Position numbers and translations under genes: made by a program. From Conidiobolus incongruus B7586 (lineage: Eukaryota): a stretch of 32,438 nucleotides of DNA. The stretch lies in NCBI GenBank assembly GCA_000697335.1, contig JNEM01010895.1, positions 1 to 32,438 of the forward strand, read 5' to 3'. The notes under the pieces are model-generated. The model was given only the letters and a program-made list of their open reading frames with translations, was not told the DNA's origin and ran no database searches. Shown here piece by piece: positions 1 to 12,087 of the stretch (position 1 is the stretch's first letter; every line of letters starts with the position of its first letter).

Positions 1-1816
1 TATTATAAATTATATATAAAGTATTATTGAAAAAAATAATAATAAAATATATAAATTAATATTATTATAGATATTTAAAATAAAAAAATTAAAAATTATT
101 ATATTTAATATATTACTAAATTATGATATATATTATTATAATTTTATTTAATAAATAAAAATATACTTAAAGGAGAAAGATTTTTTTAAACAGATTTAAT
201 TATTTTATAAAATATTAAATATCAGTTTTTAATCAAAATGGATATTTTTTAGTTATTAGAAATTTGCCAAAAATCTAATAAAAATTTAATAATAATAATA
301 ATATTATTATTATTAACTTTATAATGTTTATCAATCTTGATAATTCCAATATTAATAATCTTATTTAATTTTGATTTTAAAATTATGTTATTATATAATT
401 TTTATAATATTATATAAAAAAACAAATATCAAATTATTTTTAAACTATAAAATAAATACTAAATATTGCCATATAATTGATTATGGTTTAACTATCAATA
501 GTTTTGTGACTGATGTTATATAACATCCTCATTGATTCTTTTGAAAATACCTTGTACAAACTATTTTAACATCTCTATCTTTATAATAAATTATAGTGTC
601 AATTGGAATAAATAAGTATATTCAATTTTTAGAATTGATCAGAAATAATATTAAGTAAATCCAATAATTCAAAGTATTTGTAATTCATATATGTATGATT
701 AGATTCAAGTTATCATTGTTGGTTCAATACTAATCAAATTATTTGAGTATTTAAAATTAATTACTTTATTTTTAATTAAATTTGTTAAAACCAACAAATT
801 TATAAAAAAAATTAATTCTAATATGATATAATATGCTTAATTTTATAAAAAAGGTTAAATTATTTTAGCACCTCGAATTTAATTTTTGCATTTTAATCAA
901 TTTGGGATTTAATATTTATCCATTAAATTTAGTATTTTCTTTAATTAAAACTTCAATTAAATCAAATTTACAAACTAATATAGAAATTATAAAAATTAAA
1001 AATATAAATGACTTGTATATCAGTGTTAATTGAATGGTTCAAAAATTATGTCAAGTCATTTAATATTCTCTATTGCTAGTAACACTTATTAAAATTAATA
1101 TTCATTTTGTTTGAAAGTTTAGCTTGATGAATCAAATATATGGTTGAGTCATAATATTAAGTACACAAGGACATACTATCAGAAAAAGTAGTGAATAAAA
1201 TTTATAGTGAAGTAGAAATATTATTATAATATTAGTGTTTGTTGTATATATGAGTCATAAAATTAGACATGTTCTTGTTAATAGATGATGCTTTGATACA
1301 TGCAACTAATATTTTAGGTTGCATTGTCTATAATATAAATATAGACTATTTATTTGTGGCAATAAACATGCTCTCGGAGTTTTTTACCCTTCTTTATAAT
1401 ACTATTATAATCAAACTTTGACATTTCGTTTTATCTCAAAAAAAGATGACTTCCAACGACGCTAATCCCATTATTAATTTAAACCACGAAATTTTCGGAG
1501 TTGTAAACGACAGAGTCTTATAACAGTGTTTAAACTTTGTCAAATATAAAACTTGAGATATTATAAAATCTTAAAATTCGATTAAGTTTAGAATATTATC
1601 AATATAAATTATATAGAATTGAAAATTGAAAAAAAATTCTTTAATTCAAATGAATAGAATATTCAAAATTGAATGTGAGAATGCTTTTTATTGACAGCAT
1701 ATAAGTGTAAAAATAATCTTATATTTATGCAAATGAAATTTCATCAAATATGCAATTTTCATTTGAATATTCACATATTTAATATTGATTTAACCAAATT
1801 TCACATTATTACCAAC

Positions 1817-1826
1817 AATCCCATAA
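1817..1826 (+). promoter_or_regulatory. Shared upstream motif AATCCCATAA (coactosin gene)
   Basis: 113 nt upstream of ATG 1940, sense orientation. Confidence 0.6.
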
Positions 1827-1939
1827 AATATAGTTCATCAATTGAATTCTGTCAATATCAATATATTCATTCAAAAATCACTTATGTTGACTGTATTTTA
1901 ATATATCACTAATTATTAAATTAATTTTTTTTATAAGTC

Positions 1940-2762
1940 ATGACATTGGTTGAAGTAAACTGAAACTATCTTTATGTTAATTTTTGAATATTTATATGGA
2001 TTTAGGATCCTCAAATTGAACAAACTTATTTAAGAGTTCGAGATGGTAAATTTATTCATCTGAATATGACGAGTATTGTATTGACTATTTCTTGATGTGG
2101 TTTAGATAAGGATGAACTTAACTGGTAATATCACTACTTATTTTCAATAAACAAGCTTGTTGATATGAGTTAGGATGATTTTAACTTTTGTCGACGATCG
2201 CAAAGATATTTTACAAGTTTCGGCAAGTGGTAATACACTATTCAATCTAATCTATGAATGTGATTATAAAGTCTATTAGGTACTGGAGGTTTAAAAGAAT
2301 TTAAGGAACAATTAAAACCCGAGTTAGCTGCTTTTGGTTATATTCGGTAACTCCTCTATTTCATTTTACAAATCCCTAAATATTCATAATAATCAACCTG
2401 TAGTATTCCCCTTATGAACGATGAATATAGCGAAAGAACTAAATTCGTTTTCGTATCCTACTGTGGCAGTAATGTCAAGGTGATGAGAAAGGCCAAGCTC
2501 AGTATTCAAAAGGAACAAGTCAAATCCATTATTCAAACTTTTTCCATCGAAATGAGTGCTGATGATCCTCACGATTTGGACGAAAAGGAAGTTATGTTAA
2601 GATTGAAGCGTGCTGGAGGTAATTTAACTCATTTTATTAATGATATTCTTTACTAATAAATTTTTATTAGGTGCTAATTATGACCGGTAACAAAATTTTT
2701 ATTTATTTTTGAATAATTAAAATATTAATATTGTTGAATATAGTCAATCTAGTAATTATTAG
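1940..2762 (+). CDS. Coactosin-like ADF-H (cofilin/tropomyosin-type actin-binding) protein, 148 aa, 8 exons
   Basis: Exons 1940-1954, 2006-2045, 2106-2124, 2174-2229, 2280-2346, 2404-2618, 2671-2686, 2744-2762. All introns are GT-AG, 49-60 nt, with consistent phases (447 nt spliced). Protein MTLVEDPQIEQTYLRVRDDKDELNWMILTF...SGTGGLKEF...AAFGYIR...RTKFVFVSYCGSNVKVMRKAKLS...RLKRAGGANYDRQSSNY has the ADF-H/coactosin signatures (W..L, G.GG, FGY.R, R.KFV...G..V, AGGANY). Confidence 0.9.
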
Positions 2763-4590
2763 AAATAAATTAAACAAGTACTAACCCCACACAAATTATT
2801 AAGGATCATTTTTTTAAATATTTTGTAGATATATCATTTTTAATATTAATTATATTCATTTTTCAATACTCGCTTGTATTACTTTGTTTGAGATCCATAC
2901 AAATATTGATATTATCACAATATATATTAACCATAACTATAATAATAATTTTGAAAGTATATTATTCAATTTAATTTTTGATTCATATAATCAATTATTA
3001 TCACTACTTGTTTGAAAATTTGATTTATTATAAAAAGAATAATTGATTTAAAACAAACCCAAAATCAAAATAAACTATATTTTTCAATTATATAATTAAG
3101 AATATTAAATGTATTTATTATATTTAAATAAAATGTTTATCAATTAGATATAATATTAATAATATAAAATGAACGAATGCAAATTTGAATTTTATTAAAT
3201 TAAAATCAAGATTCAAGTATATTTCAAGTCACTCTCCTCAATTTGAATTAAAAATTCAATTTAATTCATTATTAATAAAATTCACAATATTATTAAAAAA
3301 TAGCATAGTTAAAAATTATTATTTTAATAAATTTTACTTTAAATCTATTTGTTTAATTTTAAAAATATCATATCATCAATAAACATAAAGTATTCGAGTA
3401 TTTTAAAGATAATCATTTCAAAATTTTTATGATTAATTTTAAAATAACTGACATTTGATTAAATTGAAGTTTCTGGTTTATCAATGATAAGTTATAGTTA
3501 AACAATTTGATGTTAATAATTAATATAATGTATTGGGGAAAAGTAAATTAGTGGTATATATATATAAATGTGATAAGGTTGAAAACTCCCTAGTTCAAAG
3601 AATTTTCAAATCAAGTTTGATCATGAAATTATATGAAGGATATGTTGATTAAATGAAAAACCTGGATATGTTTTTATATTCTTTGTTATTTTGCAATTAT
3701 GTTATGAAATCATGTTTGGTGAATATATTTTATATTCATCCTAATTTTAATAAATTTGAACCAAAGTCATGGACATGGTTCCTGCCTTGTATTATACCAA
3801 CAACTACTAAAATGAAATTTTTTAAAAAAAATTTGAAAATTTCAATATTTTTTAATGATTTAATAATTATCTCATTCAATAGTGTAACGTTCATTCTAAT
3901 GATCATGATTAGTTAATACATCGACGATGAAGTCAAGAATGATGCACGCATGTACAAATTGGATGAGTATCTTCACCTCAATAAAATATGATTGGGCTTT
4001 AATTACTATAAACACAAACACTGCTGATTCCAAGATAGTTGATTAAAGGATATTACATTCTACAACATTTGCATGTGATGACATTTTATCTGCTTGATGA
4101 ATCTGCTGACTTTTAAACTCAAACTTTGCTGGTAATATTGTGATTGGACCAATTAGAATATTAAAGTATTTAACCAATCATAAAAAGGATCCCTTGATTA
4201 AAATATTCAAAATATCTCAACTGTAAGAAGTCATTGAGGATCTTCAATGAGAATATTAATATTTGGAAATTCTACTCTTGGTGTAGTTTTAACTGATTTA
4301 ATCGCCTACTATTCAGCATTGTTATAATTTGATCAACAGATTACTTGTGGAATTTGAATTATATGACTGTATCTTCAGATAAAAATCACACTTGGATTAT
4401 GTGATGAATATCATTATGTTAGACTGATATCAAATGACTAGCTTTATATATTTGAAACTGTTGTATGATTAAAATCGGGGTTTAAGCAGTGATTGTCAAA
4501 GTAAACATATGTAATAAGGGTTGAATCATTAGTATAAGTTAAACACAATCATCGCACTTCCAGCTCAATAACTCAATAATTGAATTTGAA

Positions 4591-6710
4591 ATGGATAATA
4601 CCCTTATTGTATGAATTAATAATTTGCACCATAAAATCACTCAAGTTGATCCAAAGCCTAATTGAAATTTGCTTCAAATTGTGATCATTGGGAAGGGTTT
4701 AGTTTTAGAGAATATTGTAAGGAGAATTTTTTACAATGTAGTAATAAAATTGTAATGAGATGTACTTTGGTTCTTCAATTAATCAATTGGAGAAGTGATA
4801 TTAATGAAGATGGTGATGACGAAGAAAATGCCGAATCAGCCAAATTCTGTCACAGTGACATAATCTTTTGAATTTGACAAAATTGGAAGAAATCCTAGAT
4901 CGAACTAAATGCTTAATTGGAGAAAATCCTGATATTGCGAATAATCCACTTGAACCCAAATATATACTCTCAATATCATTAATTTAATGGGCTTGTCGGG
5001 CAGCACCAAATATAGTGTAGGTGATTAGCCAGTTAATATTTAAAAGATTGTCAGAAATAGTGATATTTAAATATATCAAACCGGACAATAAAATGATTTT
5101 TGCTGTATCCCCTACTAACGTGAATTTGGCTAATTCTAGTGCTTCGAAGTTAGCAAGGGAGATTCATCTTCAATGTGTATGAACCGTTGGATTGTTAGCT
5201 AAAGTCAATTTAAATAATAAAAATACTAGTGTAATAGATGTACTTGATGTAAAGACAACTCCTCTCAACTTAGGATATATTCCAATTATCAATCGCAGTC
5301 AGAGCTGCATTGATGTCAATAAAAATATTCATTACTCTATAGAAAATGAAGACAGCTTCTCTTCGAAGCACCTGATGTATAAAACACAAGCCAAAAATGT
5401 GGTACCAAATTTTTATCTCAAAAACTTAGTAAGTTATTAAAAACCATATTCAAGGCTGACTTCCTCAGTTAAAAGAAGATACAATTAAACTATCCTCAGA
5501 CTATAGAAGCCAGATAGAAGCATTGGAAGTTTAAATTGAAGGAAATGGCAAATATATGAAAACCATTTTATCAGTAGTTAGAGAATTTTGTATGAAATTT
5601 AGATTATGATTAATAATTCTGCTCAACTTAATGGTAAAACCGAAACCTCCACTTCTACTAATTTGTCATATATTTTCCAAGAATATACAAAAATAATGTG
5701 AGTAAAATTTATCATTTTAAAATCATTAGAGAGAAAGATATTATTAAGGGCTCATATGATCATTCAGGTGTGTCTCCAGATCTGTCTATGATCAAACAAT
5801 TATTGGAAAATTTTATGAAAAAATGATTTAAACGTTCAACCACCATCAATTAAATATGTTGATTTAAACTATCAAGAGTTCAGTAATATTTTGAAAAACT
5901 TGACGGGGAAAAAGTAAAAAATCAAAATCTGCTGATTCATCTATTAACTTTGCTACAATCCTTTGATAAGTTGAAAAATTTGGATCAAGAGTTTAAAAAA
6001 TTCAATCAAAAATTAATCAAATGTTGAAATTGAGTTGCCAAGGCGAAATTAAAGAAATTATTAAGTTATATTTTATAACATTATTTAAAATAGCTATCAA
6101 TTTCTGTTAATTAGCTCAAAGTTAGTTTATTTTAATACCAAATATACAGAATTTATCACAAAGAAAATGGCAATATAACTTTATGATATTCAATTAACTG
6201 TCAATAATTTTAAACAATTGGGTATATCTGAATTAAAACATTTAATCAGTCCATTATTACTACAAAAAACTATGAAAACTATTCTATATTTGATGATCAA
6301 TATATGATTTATTCCTAAGTAAATGCTCAAGTATTTGAAATCAGAATTGTCCAGCTAAAAATTCGCTTTACCTCCACTTTCAAATCACATCCTTTCTTCT
6401 GTCTATCCATCCAGAATATGATAAAAATCTAAAAAATGAATAACTCGAACTATTGAAAAATTGAAGAGAAAGACCAAACCAAATTAAAAGTGATGCAATT
6501 AGATAATTTTGAAGAATTTGTATTCTGTGATGAAAATTATCATATATGACTTAGTTGAAACTTTCAATAAACAGACAAATGCTAACCTAAGCCAGTTAAC
6601 CCATGATAACTTTTCTCTGGGTTACTTATTGAACTAAGATAACAATAATGTCGATAAAAGAAATTGTTCGATTAAATTGATTGAGGTAAAAAATAATGCA
6701 ACAATTTTTA
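4591..6710 (+). pseudogene. Decayed dynamin-related GTPase (Vps1/Dnm1-like) pseudogene
   Basis: From ATG 4591: MDNTLIV*INNL...LLQIVIIG-KGLVLENIVRR/FLQCSNKIVMRCTLVLQLIN (cf. [45 protein letters not shown]). Then VGD*PVNI*K, IFAVSPTNVNLANSSASKLAREI, *TVGLLAKVNL (RTIGVLTKVDL), PLNLGYIPIINRSQ, and FNTKYTEFI near 6130 (YINT.HPDF). Many stops and frameshifts. The 3' boundary (GED region) is approximate. Confidence 0.85.
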
Positions 6711-7073
6711 AATTCTTACTAATCAATCTGTATTTATTTTTGAATTCGCAGAATCTTTAAGGAGCAATATGATTCAATATTATATAAAATATATTAATTA
6801 GATTATTTGAGATTTTAATCAATTTTTAATAATGTTTTTCATTATAGTATGCGTGAAATTATTCCGATTTGATTAATTTTTATATTTCTGATAAATTCAA
6901 TGAATAAGGTATATAAATAATTTGAACGGAGATATTGAATTAAGGCAGATTTATCTAACTATTAAATTTTATACTTGAAAACATAAATTGATAAAATCTT
7001 TATTCTTGAATAAGTGACTATAATATAGGTTAATTAAAATAAAAAAATTCATTAATACCAAATTTTACCAAAT

Positions 7074-7811
7074 TTACCAATTTTCCATGCCAGATAAAAT
7101 AACTAAATGAGCTTTACAATGACCCAAAATCAACAACTCTACCAAAAATTTAAAAGAAATAACCAAAGGTTTTGTAAAATAAGCTTGTGTCTCTCTCTCA
7201 GTATACTCCAAATAAATTATAATTATATCAAGGAGCCACATCAAAGTAACAGTCACTACAACTTTTACCAACATAGAACGGACTGGACTTGATACTGTTT
7301 TGTTCGCCAATTTGTAAATCAATCTCAAGATGCAGAAAGTCAAGAAGGTTTCTGATGCAATAGTTGAAGTAGCACTCACATTCTCGACAAATAATACCAA
7401 GAAATTTTTAGTATTTGGTTCTAATCCAATATCCAATATAAAAAATACATGGAAACCCACTTGAGCTAAAAAATTTATAAAATTTACCAAATAACAAATT
7501 CTCACCTGCCATCTATGTAATAAATATTGATAATAATTAGTGAGAAAGTAGAGGTAGGATTGAGTGTAAAATATCCATGTAATTCCTCCCAACAAGACAG
7601 TATTTAGAGAGTTGAATATTTCAATTGATGTAATAACCCCAGAAAATATGAAAATACACCAAAAACTTGAAAAGATACAGAATAGTAACATGAGGAAGTA
7701 TTTGGTACTGAATATTTTTAATGTAAAATGCAGAAATACTGTTTCAAATGTAATTATTGCTAAGATTGATAAATTGATGATGCCTATATTATAGTCGTTG
7801 ATCACGATCAT
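7074..7811 (-). CDS. Uncharacterised ~7-TM integral membrane protein, paralog A (245 aa, intronless)
   Basis: ATG at 7811 (the ORF-track start 7823 is TTG) gives 245 aa, the same length as paralog B. About seven hydrophobic segments. Ungapped identity to 10080-10817 is ~65% (159/245, hand count). Confidence 0.85.
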   Translation of the reverse strand: MIVINDYNIGIINLSILAIITFETVFLHFTLKIFSTKYFLMLLFCIFSSFWCIFIFSGVITSIEIFNSLNTVLLGGITWIFYTQSYLYFLTNYYQYLLHRWQVRICYLVNFINFLAQVGFHVFFILDIGLEPNTKNFLVLFVENVSATSTIASETFLTFCILRLIYKLANKTVSSPVRSMLVKVVVTVTLMWLLDIIIIYLEYTERETQAYFTKPLVISFKFLVELLILGHCKAHLVILSGMENW

Positions 7812-7894
7812 TTGTATAATCAAATTATTAGAATGTTAAGAGGGTAAAAACAGGGCAAATTTTTATACCAATAGATAAAATATGTACCAAGTGT

Positions 7895-7917
7895 TATATA
7901 TATATATATATATATAT
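7895..7917. repeat. (TA)n microsatellite, ~11 units
   Basis: Pure TA run seen directly, ~85 nt upstream of paralog A. Confidence 0.95.
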
Positions 7918-8863
7918 CATGATAGTAATTACAGCACAATATGTGTACCAATCAAATATCGATTGAGTTTTATAATCAAACTAGAGTTCAGTCTGAGACA
8001 AAATAGAATCTAGATGTAAAGATTTCAATTCAAAAGTATTAAAAATTTGTATTTTATCAAATATCTAACGGAATATTCCTTTCACTATTGATAATATACT
8101 ATAAATATAAATCTGTAAGGAAACTATCAAAACTAGCTTGAATAAAGCTTCACAATACAAATGAAATAGTTTGGGTTATTGTTTTTACAATTGATATTGA
8201 GTTTGGGATTAAAAATTATTACTTGGATGAAATCAAACTAATACATTCAATGAATATAATACCAATATGGTTATCCATTTGTTAAATTAGTTGCCCAATT
8301 TGTATAATTAATAATCTTTAAATGTTAAATATTGACTCTAGAAAAACTGAATTTTTGTAAATATAGATATATGTAATGTTAATGATGAATATTAAATTAA
8401 TATTATAATTGATTAATTTCAGTAAATAAATAATGTTAATATTCGTATGCTATATTGGATAATTTATATATAATTATATTTCCATTACTTTGAATTATAT
8501 TTTGACGAATAAATAATAATGGTGAGTTAATCAACCAAAATTTGATATTGATATTCGTTACTTAAAAGAAAATGACATAAAATCATGTATATTTTAATAA
8601 AATGATAAGCATGTTCTATTTTTAACATAATTATAATATTTCCTCTTATTTCCAAGCTTGTAATTTCAGATAATAATATAATTATAGGGTTGGAATATGT
8701 CAAAAAATATCTACATTGAGATTATATATAATTTTTACCTATTATGAATGTTTAAAAATTTTGATTCTTATAATGATTATTAGTGTTACCTAAGAAAACT
8801 GAAAGTAAATTTGATATTATTAAATATCCATTAAATTTTTTAATCTGGATACATTCTATAAAA

Positions 8864-8868
<5 letters not shown>

Positions 8869-8894
<26 letters not shown>
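8869..8894. repeat. (TA)n microsatellite, ~13 units
   Basis: Pure TA run seen directly between the two 7TM paralogs. Confidence 0.95.
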
Positions 8895-10079
8895 AGAAAA
8901 TATCATTCTTTAATTTGGTGAAATTGACAAGAGCGTAGAGATTTTTATTTGATATACTTTGGGAAAAATATTATAAAATCTATTAATAATTCTCAATAAT
9001 TAGTCCATTTTACTCATTAATTTATAATTGTAAAAAAATAATAATTTAATTTTATAAAATTATAATTATTCTACAGTATTTTAAGTTTGACAATAATTTA
9101 CTTAAAATTATTGATATTAGTATTTAAATTTTGCATTTTTCATTTTTATTAATGCTCAATTAATTTACGATACAATAATCTATATTTAATCAACTTCACC
9201 TGAATTTAAAATTATTTTAAATTAATTATTATTATTATAATTTTTAATATTAAATTGATATGAGAAAATATTAAATTTTATAATTAAAAAATTTAAAAAT
9301 AAATCTCAATTAATATATTGACTTATAATCTGTATAAAGTTATGCTATTAATCATCAAATCAATTGCACCTTATTTACTTTTATAAATAATTAAATTTTA
9401 TCATTATACATAAAATCCCTCTGCATATTAGTATTGTGATCAGTTCACAATAATAGTATTATCATTAGTGCATATTTACATCTAAATATAGATTATATAA
9501 AAAATTTAATATCAATTAATTGAATATAAATTTGTTTAATACCTCTCTTTATCCGATGCTATTTTATGAAATTAATTAAAGAATTAAGTTATATGAATTG
9601 AAACTATAAAGTGAATATATTGTCAATAAAAAATTTTTAAGATTAAAATTTACTGATTAAGCACACTCATTTACGCTCTCCAACTTTCCACTAAATCCTA
9701 TTTGGCCTATTTAGTATAAATCTAACAGCATATATCAGGTACAATGAATTTTGAGACTATACATAATGTGTATGTACAAAAATCAATTATAAATTAAAGT
9801 CCTTGTATTCCAATATTTTGTGAAAAGATTTCAAATCATCAGACTATGTAGTATTCAACAAAAATATATTAATAATCAAATGAAATTAACAAATTTAACT
9901 GCTGATTAACTATCATACAAAAGAAATTAACTGTGATAAATAAGTTTAAACCTCAGATTATTAGTTATATTGTTAGTCAATTTCATCCCCTCAAAATCAA
10001 CAAAATTATTTATCAATGTTAGAAATTTCTTTAATATATTTTTATTTAAGATAAGAAGGAATAAATGTAATATATCTAA

Positions 10080-10817
10080 TTACCAATTCTCGATTCCAGA
10101 CAACACAAATAGTTGGGTTTTACAATGTCCCAAAATTAAAAGTTCAATTAGAAATTTGAAAGAAATAATTAAAGGCTTGGTAAAATATGCTTTACTCTCC
10201 CTTCCACTATACTCTAAAAAGATCACGATTACATCTAGTAACCACATGAAAGTCATGGTAATCACTACTTTAATTAACATAAAGCGAATCGGACCCGCTA
10301 TAGATTTATTAGCCAGCCTAAGAATCATGGTAAATATACAGAATGTCAAAAAAGTTTCAGAAGCGACGGTTGACGTAGCACTGATATTCTCGGAAATGAC
10401 TACTAATAGATCCTTGACCTCAGAGTTTAATCCTAGATTAAAGCAGAAAAATACGTTAAATGAAACTTGAGCAAAAAAATTGACCAAATTGACGATGTAG
10501 CATAAAATAACTTGCCATTTTTGCAACAGATTTTGATAGTAACAGGTTAAGAAAAAGAGATAAGTTTGGGTGTAAAAGATCCAAGTGATGGCACCTAAGA
10601 ACACATCATTGATGGAATTGAACATTTCCACCTGTTTAATAACTCCTGAATATATGAATATAGTCCAAAATGCCGAAAATATACAGAATAGTAACATGAG
10701 GAAGTATTTGACATTAAAGATTTTTAGTGCATAGTACATAAATATGGATTCAATAGCTATAACCGCTAGGATGGATAAATTGATAATTCCCAAATTGTAT
10801 TCAGTAAGAGTTACCAT
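10080..10817 (-). CDS. Uncharacterised ~7-TM integral membrane protein, paralog B (245 aa, intronless)
   Basis: Intact ATG-to-stop ORF, hydrophobic, collinear with 7074-7811. Shared motifs GIINLSILA, KYFLMLLFCIFS, ASETFLTFC, MWLLD, YFTKPL.ISFKFL.ELLILGHCK. Confidence 0.88.
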   Translation of the reverse strand: MVTLTEYNLGIINLSILAVIAIESIFMYYALKIFNVKYFLMLLFCIFSAFWTIFIYSGVIKQVEMFNSINDVFLGAITWIFYTQTYLFFLTCYYQNLLQKWQVILCYIVNLVNFFAQVSFNVFFCFNLGLNSEVKDLLVVISENISATSTVASETFLTFCIFTMILRLANKSIAGPIRFMLIKVVITMTFMWLLDVIVIFLEYSGRESKAYFTKPLIISFKFLIELLILGHCKTQLFVLSGIENW

Positions 10818-11878
10818 GTTATTAAAGTTAAAAAATTATACTAAAATATTGTGAGTCAAAGATTAAGATTAAAGTAAGAGAATAATTAAAATTAAGAATT
10901 TATGTGAATATTTTTCAACTAATATGAAACCTGATTTACTCTTAAACTCTTAAACACCAAGATTCCAAATAGTTATAATAGCCATTTTTGTTTTAGATTA
11001 AAGATCAATTTTTGATTATTTGAATTTTGAAATTTTAACTATAATAAAATATTTTTAATATTGATATAAATGAGAACAATACAGCTGTTTTAAACCAATT
11101 ATCATATAATACTAGAATTTTACTGGTCAAAAAGAAAGCCAAAATAATTCTTTTTTTAAAGCTAATTAAGCTTATCTAACAATTGTAATTAAATATTTTA
11201 TCTTTAATGATGTATACATTTTTTTTCAAACTGCCAATATTTAGAGAATCTTAAAAAATATGATTATTACACTATTAACAAATGTTCAACGACTATAATT
11301 AATCTTTTAATAATTCAAATTTTTAAATTTCAATTCTTCAATATATTAGTATTAATTCTTTTAATCCAATCTGATTGAAATTTATACTGAAATAATATTT
11401 CAACATATTTGGAATTTATTCATTCAAGAATTATCTCAGATCAAATTAAATAAATCATAAATTAATTTTTAAGTATTGAATCTAAAAGATTTAAAGTGAG
11501 TTAATTAAATAAGAAAATAATTTTTGTTTTTGAATTTTACTAAATTGTTAAAATTTGAAAATTATTTGTAATTTTTATATTTTATTAGAAATTAAGTTGA
11601 TTATATTCTCAAATTGATAATTAAAAAATTATATAAACTGAGTAAATATTAATATGCAAAATGGTGAACTTTGAAATTATGATATCTAATTTGGAAATGG
11701 TATAAAAGACATATTAAATTTATATCGAAATATTACAAGGTACGAAAAATACTAAAACAATTTTATTATATTTGTTTTTACAATATTTATAAATCAGAAT
11801 CAAAACGAGCATATATGCATATTTAGATTGATTAGAAAGTCAATATCCGAATAGTTGGATTCAACTAATCATGTTTAT

Positions 11879-11912
11879 CATTCGAATTGGAAAGACATTC
11901 GAATTGGAAAGA
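11879..11912 (+). repeat. Perfect 17-bp tandem duplication (CATTCGAATTGGAAAGA x2)
   Basis: Seen directly, ~175 nt downstream of the MPDU1 stop. Confidence 0.9.
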
Positions 11913-12087
11913 AAATCAAATTGAATATTGTTTTGATTCAATTATCTTAAGGAAATTCAAAAATCCAAAAATCCAAAATCAAATATCAACAATTAATAAA
12001 AAAATATTATTTTATATTGAATTTCAATAATTAAAAAAATACTGATTCATCTATAATTTTCAATATTAAATCCATTAGTTATAAAGT

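Noticed and set aside
512..527. Perfect 16-bp palindrome GATGTTATATAACATC
   Set aside because: Single copy with an AT-rich core and no associated element ends or gene; no supportable function.
1691..3916. Short ORFs 1691-1912, 3185-3382 and 3653-3916
   Set aside because: I/N/K/F-rich translations typical of random AT-rich DNA; two start with TTG.
4075..4428. GTGATGA...CTGA pairs resembling C/D-box snoRNAs (~4075-4109, ~4401-4428)
   Set aside because: Too short (~30-35 nt) and no recognisable rRNA guide.
9970..10470. 166-aa plus-strand ORF (and 7107-7292, 7612-7794)
   Set aside because: Antisense to the hydrophobic 7TM genes and not conserved as an ORF between the two paralogs.
11879..11980. 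Short direct repeats considered as CRISPR-like or mobile-element ends
   Set aside because: Only adjacent tandem copies without spacers, in a eukaryotic context; consistent with replication slippage.
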